From Promethearchaeota archaeon (GTDB taxonomy: Archaea; Asgardarchaeota; Lokiarchaeia; Sigyniarchaeales; SOKP01), in NCBI GenBank assembly GCA_048940925.1, contig JBHLOC010000029.1, positions 1 through 33,198 on the forward strand: a stretch of DNA of 33,198 bases. The letters are read 5' to 3'. Made by a program: the position numbers and the translations under genes. Positions 27,760 through 33,198 of this stretch are shown here, piece by piece; within the stretch, counting starts at the first letter, position 1; the number at the start of each line of letters is the position of its first letter. Below the pieces are notes generated by a model. The model had not been told where the DNA came from. It did no database searches and saw only the letters and a list, made by a program, of their open reading frames with translations.

Positions 27760-29048
27760 ATGGTAAATTTACAGAAAATATTTGAAGAAGTTGATAATTT
27801 GGATAAAGAAAGAATCATGAGCATTATAAGAACTCTCGTACACGTTAATATAGTCGTTCCGCCAGGTGATTCTTATAGAGAATATGTAGATGCATTATCA
27901 CCTTTTTTTAAGGATCTTAATTTTTGTTTAGAAGAAGTTATTGTTCCAGAAGAGTGTGTTAAACAGATTCCTTATCCTTTAGAAGGACCTCGGATTAATT
28001 TAATAGCAAATAAAGATTTTGGTAAAAAAAAATTCATATCTTTTTATGGTCATATGGATGTTGTACCGGCTCCAAATGAAGGAGCATAAAGATGGCGATT
28101 TCCTCCATTTGAAGCTACAATAATTAAGAGTGGGAAAATTTATGGACGTGGAGTTGGAGATATGAAGGGTGCAATGGCTTGTTTGATTTTAGCACTTCAG
28201 CGTATAGAAAAACTAAACCTTATGCCAAAATATAATGTTCAAGTATTGAACTGTACAGACGAGGAAATTGGATTTTATCCTGGAATTCGATACTTAGCAG
28301 AACATGGTTATATTAAAGGGACCCTTTTTTCGATGGATTATACGGTTGAGCCAATTATTTTAATGGGCTCAGCAGGTGATTTAGAAATAGAGATTCAAAC
28401 AATAGGTAGAAGCTCTCATTCCGGATTAAATGTATTAGGTATCAATGCTTTGGAGGAAATGATACCAATTTTGGTAGAACTTAAAAAATTGAAAGAAGAA
28501 GTGGAAACTCGTCAAAGTAAAGATATTCCTGGATTTCCAGACCCTCAATCTGGTGAAAAACGTAATTTAACTCCCCTTTTTAACTTGGATATAATAAAAT
28601 CAGGTGACAAATCAAATATTATCTCAGATATTTGTTCATTAATAATTAATAGACGAGTCATACCAGATGAAAATATTCAAGAAGTAAAACAAGAAATTAT
28701 AGATGCTGTAGAAAGAGGTAAAGCGAAAAGTAATGCATTAGATGTAAAAATTTCCTTTAAATATCCCTATCCTCCTTTAAAAGTAGATATTAACAGTTCA
28801 GAAGTACAGAGGATTCAAAAGTGATTAAACTTGTACATATAATTCCAGAGGAAAAAATTCGAAAGACTGGAATGAGTATTACATTTGATGCTGGTTTTGT
28901 AGCTCAAATCTTAAAAACTCAAGAGGTTATTCTTCGTGGTGTTGCCACCGGGGGATCCAATACTCATGGAGTAAACGAAACAATTAGATTAAAAGATATA
29001 AAAAAATTAATTAAAGAAATAATAGTTTTTTTATGCGCTGATTTATAA
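27760..29048 (+). pseudogene. Disrupted M20/ArgE/DapE-family metallohydrolase (in-frame TAA at 28087-28089 and a frameshift at 28817-28824)
   Basis: FYGHMDVVPA-(stop)-RWRFPPF...IYGRGVGDMKG continues in the same frame; DEE, GRSSHSG; C-terminal FDAG...NTHGVNE lies in the -1 frame; SD AGGTGA precedes ATG 27760. Confidence 0.85.
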
Positions 29049-29110
29049 ATTTAACACAAAATTATAAAAAAAAATAAAAAAAAGAAAATAGATTTACCGC
29101 TTCTTATAAG

Positions 29111-29308
29111 TTAGTTTTCGATGATTTCTATGGCTTCCTCAGAACATTGTGTCTCACATGCTCTGCAACCTACACAATCCTCTCTGTTTTCTTCAATTAC
29201 ATTGACTTTTCCTCCCTCAGGCTCGCCAAAACATTCAGAAGGGCATACTTCATAGCATGTACCACACCCTGAACATGCATCCATATCTATTTTTATCTCA
29301 AAGGACAT
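29111..29308 (-). CDS. 2[4Fe-4S] ferredoxin
   Basis: CSGCGTCYEVCP and CVGCRACETQC; AGGAG SD upstream; T-rich tract downstream on the minus strand (A-runs at about 29065-29088). Confidence 0.93.
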   Translation of the reverse strand: MSFEIKIDMDACSGCGTCYEVCPSECFGEPEGGKVNVIEENREDCVGCRACETQCSEEAIEIIEN

Positions 29309-29726
29309 TATTATTAAACTCCTTTCTGTTCTTACATTCTAATTTTTGATTTTTTTAATAAATTCTATCTTTGATAATAGTATAAAAAATATAAATTTCG
29401 TTTTTATTATCAAAAATTAATGTTGGAGAATTATTTTTAGATTTTTGACATTCGATTTTTTATAATGAGAATATAATTGAAATATCTTTTATCAATGAAA
29501 ATCTAGTTAAAAATAAGTAGTAAATGAGGATTTCAGTTCTAATTACTTTTAAACAATAAAACTTTTACTTTATATTAAGAATTTTTCTTTTAATTCATAC
29601 TCAATATCAAGAAAGTATAGAATGGTTTTAATTTAATAATTTTTTAAAAATCATATTAAACATAATAATTGTTTAAATTTTATATAATATAACAAAAATG
29701 ATAATTATTTGAGGAGTTGAGTTACA

Positions 29727-30053
29727 ATAGCAAAAGATAAGATTATTGGTGCCATTGTAATGATCATTGGTATTATAATTGCCATTGTTTATACTATGGG
29801 CTCAATTGTCGATCTTGCTTTCAATACTATTTGGAATAATCCAGGATGGGATGATTGGACTAGGATCTTTGGTATTAATTGGTTAGACTGGAGATTGTTC
29901 GTGGTTCTACCTATGTGGTTAATTGTTATTTTAATTTCAATTATCGCAATCTGGATTGGTTATTCCATGCTGACGACCCCTGCACCAGTTCCCTTAGAGG
30001 AGCTCGAGGAAGAATTGGCTGCAGAAGAGGAATCTGAAGAATCTGGAGAATAA
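29727..30053 (+). CDS. Small 2-TM membrane protein, DPM2-like (dolichol-phosphate-mannose synthase regulatory subunit-like); probable ATA start at 29727, first ATG at 29760
   Basis: In-frame upstream extension (I/M)AKDKIIGAIV after SD GAGGAG (29711-29716); DKIIG...IVYT and VLP...IWIGYSMLTT resemble DPM2 DQxxG...YYT and AIP...FISYVMLKT; acidic tail. Confidence 0.6.
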   Translation: MAKDKIIGAIVMIIGIIIAIVYTMGSIVDLAFNTIWNNPGWDDWTRIFGINWLDWRLFVVLPMWLIVILISIIAIWIGYSMLTTPAPVPLEELEEELAAEEESEESGE

Positions 30054-30261
30054 AAATCTATTTCAAATCAATACTTTTATTTTTTTCATTTTTTGATATC
30101 TATTTTTCTCAGAAATTATAAAATCAATCATGAATGAAAGCAGTGATTATTTTTTTTCTTAGGCATTTAAAAGTTAATCACAAATATCATAAGATAATAA
30201 GTCATTAATAATAATTAGGAAGTGAAGACAAATAAAGTTGAAAATTGAACTTAGAGTGTAG

Positions 30262-31236
30262 ATGATGATGTTAGAAGAAACTGATTATGTTCTAATTATT
30301 GGTTCAAGTAATATGGATTTAAACATCTATTCTAAACGCTTTCCAAATCCGGGTGAAACAGTTACAGGTGGAACCTTTAAACAATTTTTAGGTGGTAAAG
30401 GAGCTAATCAATCAGTTGCTTCTGTTAGATCTGGTGTGAAAACGGTATTTATTGGAAAGATTGGGATTGATATTTTTGGTGATCAGATGATTTCTCAATT
30501 AACTAAAGAAGGAATTAACATGAATCATGTTATTAGAGATCCTGAAGAGATGAGTGGTGTTGCATTTATTTTGATCGATGAAAATGGTGAAAATATGATT
30601 AGTGTAGCTCCTGGAGCAAATATTAAGTTATCTCCTCAAGATATCCGATCAAAGACAAGTATCATTGAAAATGCCAAATGTATAGTTGTGCAAATGGAAA
30701 TTCCAATGGATACAATAAAAGAAATCTTAAATATATCTACAGAATTAGATAACATTAAAATCTTAAATCCTGCACCTTTAAAACCATTACCAAAGCAGCT
30801 TTTGGAAAAAGTAGATATTATAATACCGAATAAAGGAGAGCTTTTTAAAATGCATTCTCTTTTAGGATTTGAAGATTTAGATGTAGAAGAAAATGAAAAC
30901 ATACTACAAGTTTCAAAAGATATTGCGAGTTTGGGAATAAAATATGTAATAACTACATTAGGTGCGAGAGGATGTTTCATCTATTCAAGGGGAGAAAATA
31001 AGGCAATCGAAGTTGCTGCTCCTAATGTAAAAGCTGTAGATACCGTGGGTGCCGGAGATTGTTTTATTGGAGTTTTGGCAAGTAGATTATGTAAAGGGGA
31101 AAAGGTTCTTAATGCTGTTAAGTATGCTTCTGTTGCAGCCTCTATTGCAGTGACTAGAAAAGGAGCACAGGTTTCAATGCCTTTTTCAAATGAAGTTGAA
31201 GCTAAATTAAAAGAACTTGCCATAGAAATAGAATAG
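30262..31236 (+). CDS. rbsK: Ribokinase (PfkB family)
   Basis: GSSNMDL, P.PGETV, GGKGANQ, GENMISVAPGAN, QMEIP, LNPAP, DTVGAGDCF. Confidence 0.92.
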   Translation: MMMLEETDYVLIIGSSNMDLNIYSKRFPNPGETVTGGTFKQFLGGKGANQSVASVRSGVKTVFIGKIGIDIFGDQMISQLTKEGINMNHVIRDPEEMSGVAFILIDENGENMISVAPGANIKLSPQDIRSKTSIIENAKCIVVQMEIPMDTIKEILNISTELDNIKILNPAPLKPLPKQLLEKVDIIIPNKGELFKMHSLLGFEDLDVEENENILQVSKDIASLGIKYVITTLGARGCFIYSRGENKAIEVAAPNVKAVDTVGAGDCFIGVLASRLCKGEKVLNAVKYASVAASIAVTRKGAQVSMPFSNEVEAKLKELAIEIE

Positions 31237-31249
31237 AAGGGATTTTGAA

Positions 31250-31924
31250 TTGAAAGAAGAAAAAATTCTCGCTAGAAGAAGTACGACATTAAGAAAAAAT
31301 AACTCTAAAGATTTAATTATTAATTTAAATCAAATAAACTTCAAAAATATTTTTCTAATTAATGGAACACAGTTTCTAACTAAGAATATATCAAAATCCC
31401 ATTTAATCGTTAAACCTCATGATTTTTATATGATATTTAATCATGAAGAAAAACCAATCACAGTTACATATAATCAAGATATTTCAAAACACCCAATTAT
31501 CTACGATCCATTCAAATATGAATACTCAGAAAGAATTGATTTAACACCTGAAATGTTTTTTGAGAGATATGATATACCAAAAAACTATGTTAGCACACTT
31601 CCCAAATGGTATAGTTTTAAATTTTCATATTCTAATTATAATCTGATTTTTTTACGTCCTGAATTCGGACTTTCAATACAAATTCATAAAGATAGAAATG
31701 AATTCTGGGAAATTTTAGAAGGTGAACCGATCTTAATTATTGGAAATAAAGTACATTATTTTGTACAAAGCGGAACCAAGTTGCAAAATCCAAGAAATTC
31801 ATATCATTCTATAATCAATCCTAATAAGCAGAAAAACAAATTTGTTATAATAAAAGAGAAGTGGACTGGAAAATTCGACGAAAATGATATAGAAAGAGTT
31901 TTTAATCCCAATCATTATGAATAA
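31250..31924 (+). CDS. Cupin protein resembling the type II mannose-6-phosphate isomerase C-terminal domain, with unknown N-terminal region (TTG start)
   Basis: LSIQIHKDRNEFWEILEG, YHSIIN, GKFDENDIERV (cf. LSLQxHxHRxEHW, HRLxN, GEDDIVR). Confidence 0.7.
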   Translation: MKEEKILARRSTTLRKNNSKDLIINLNQINFKNIFLINGTQFLTKNISKSHLIVKPHDFYMIFNHEEKPITVTYNQDISKHPIIYDPFKYEYSERIDLTPEMFFERYDIPKNYVSTLPKWYSFKFSYSNYNLIFLRPEFGLSIQIHKDRNEFWEILEGEPILIIGNKVHYFVQSGTKLQNPRNSYHSIINPNKQKNKFVIIKEKWTGKFDENDIERVFNPNHYE

Positions 31925-32150
31925 GATTTTTCAAAAAAGAATTAGCTAATTCAAAAATAATTAATGATTTGAGATTCAAAATTTGATAAGGTTCTCTTCA
32001 ATTTACATCTAACACTTATAAGTTTTATGATTTTTGCCTTCTTAACCTAAAAGTTAAAATTAAAAGTAATACTAAAAAGCTTACCGTAATAAGTTTTATG
32101 AGAAAATTTGTACTGAAAAAAATAATTGGAATAAGCAGATTGGTTAAAAA

Positions 32151-32684
32151 ATGGCTCCTGAAGAAGAAAATAATAAAGAACTTGAAGAAGAATTAGAAAA
32201 GGAAGAACCTACTAAAGAAATTGTTGAAGAATTCGAAGAAAAAGAAGGAGAAAGAGAATTAGATACCGAAGCAGAGCTAGATCGACTTAGATTTAAATAT
32301 AGAGGTTATACATTAGAGGATTTAAAGAAGATGAATATGGATCAATTCATTCAGCTATTACCAGCTAGATCAAGACGTTCATTAAAAAGAGGATTGCCTC
32401 CAAGACAAAAAAAGTTGCTCGAAAGGCTAAGAAGGGCATATCGAGCTAAAAAAAGAGGTAAAGATTTAATTACAAGAACTCATATACGCGATATGATAGT
32501 TTTTCCTGAAATGTGTGGGCTTAAAATTTCAATTTATAATGGAAGAGATTATACACCTGTTGAAATTCGCCCTGAAATGATTGGTCATTATCTTGGGGAA
32601 TTTTCTTTAACTAGAAAGAGAGTACAACACGGTTCGCCGGGAATAGGAGCCACTCGAAGTTCTAAGTATGTTCCACTAAAATAA
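32151..32684 (+). CDS. rps19p: 30S ribosomal protein uS19 (S19p/S15e type) with acidic N-terminal extension
   Basis: [62 protein letters not shown]. Confidence 0.97.
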   Translation: MAPEEENNKELEEELEKEEPTKEIVEEFEEKEGERELDTEAELDRLRFKYRGYTLEDLKKMNMDQFIQLLPARSRRSLKRGLPPRQKKLLERLRRAYRAKKRGKDLITRTHIRDMIVFPEMCGLKISIYNGRDYTPVEIRPEMIGHYLGEFSLTRKRVQHGSPGIGATRSSKYVPLK

Positions 32685-32716
32685 TTTAAGATAATAAAAA
32701 ATTGAGATGATAATAA

Positions 32717-33196
32717 ATGCCTAACTGGGGTTATTCTTTCATTGAACAAAAATTCGATAAAGAGAGGTTAGCAAAGGCTTCAGGCCGTGATCTTAGAATA
32801 AAACCCAAACATGCTCGAGAAATATGTGCTGTAATCAAAGGAATGAATGTAGATCATGCTAAAAAATATCTTGAAGATGTCATTAACTTGAAGCAATCAG
32901 TTCCATTTAGACGCCATAAGAAAAAACTAGCCCATAGAAAAGATTTAAAACAATTTAAATGGTACGCAGGAAAATATCCCCAAAAAGCTGCTGCAAGAAT
33001 CTATGAAGTTCTCTCTTCTGCAGAGTCTAATGGGGAATATAAAGGATTAGATATTGATCTATGTAAAATTATACATGCAGCAGCACATAGAGGAAGAATA
33101 ATAAAAAGATACATTGAACGTGCACGTGGACGTAGTACTTCATATTTTAAACATCTTACTCATATAGAGCTTGTGATTTACGAATTTCCAAGTTAG
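32717..33196 (+). CDS. rpl22p: 50S ribosomal protein uL22 (L22p/L17e type)
   Basis: AKASGRDLRIKPKHAREIC, VPFRRH, GKYPQKAA, RARGRS, THIELV. Confidence 0.97.
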   Translation: MPNWGYSFIEQKFDKERLAKASGRDLRIKPKHAREICAVIKGMNVDHAKKYLEDVINLKQSVPFRRHKKKLAHRKDLKQFKWYAGKYPQKAAARIYEVLSSAESNGEYKGLDIDLCKIIHAAAHRGRIIKRYIERARGRSTSYFKHLTHIELVIYEFPS

Positions 33197-33198
33197 GT

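Noticed and set aside
28087-28824. Selenocysteine or pyrrolysine readthrough in the M20 gene
   Set aside because: The internal stop is TAA; the TGA at 28822 is followed by homology in a different frame; no SECIS-like hairpin recognised
1-33198. tRNA, rRNA, CRISPR arrays, IS elements
   Set aside because: No GC-rich structured segments, regularly spaced repeats or transposase motifs seen by eye; small ncRNAs cannot be excluded without covariance-model searches

Overview
Strongly AT-rich archaeal chromosomal window, most consistent with an Asgard archaeon of the Lokiarchaeia/Promethearchaeota type. This assignment is inferred from archaeal uS19/uL22, Trm1, MptE and RadA paralogs plus eukaryote-like proteins. 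In order it contains: an AglH/Alg7-like GlcNAc-1-P transferase, giant M48 protease and UbiA (DPPR-synthase-like) cluster; a Dpp/Opp peptide ABC transporter with an extra membrane ORF and large insertions in both ATPases; DUF362; TlyA; a DUF1624 acyltransferase; a YqgF/RNase H-fold protein; two RadA/Rad51 paralogs flanking trm1, rlmE and a TFEbeta/RPC34 homolog with an extra zinc finger; mptE; gcvH; an ATP-NAD kinase/AcoX-like gene; an OSTC/DC2-like oligosaccharyltransferase subunit; pepD; a GATase-like/C4HC3-finger fusion; a doubly disrupted M20 hydrolase; a ferredoxin; a DPM2-like small membrane protein that probably starts at ATA; ribokinase; a PMI-like cupin; and rps19p-rpl22p. The most striking signal is a dispersed set of ER-like dolichol/N-glycosylation components (Alg7/DPAGT1-like, OSTC-like, DPM2-like, polyprenyl-P pentosyl transferase) alongside a sequon-rich surface protein. 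No tRNA, rRNA, CRISPR array or transposase was recognised. All assignments come from motif recognition by eye, without database searches.
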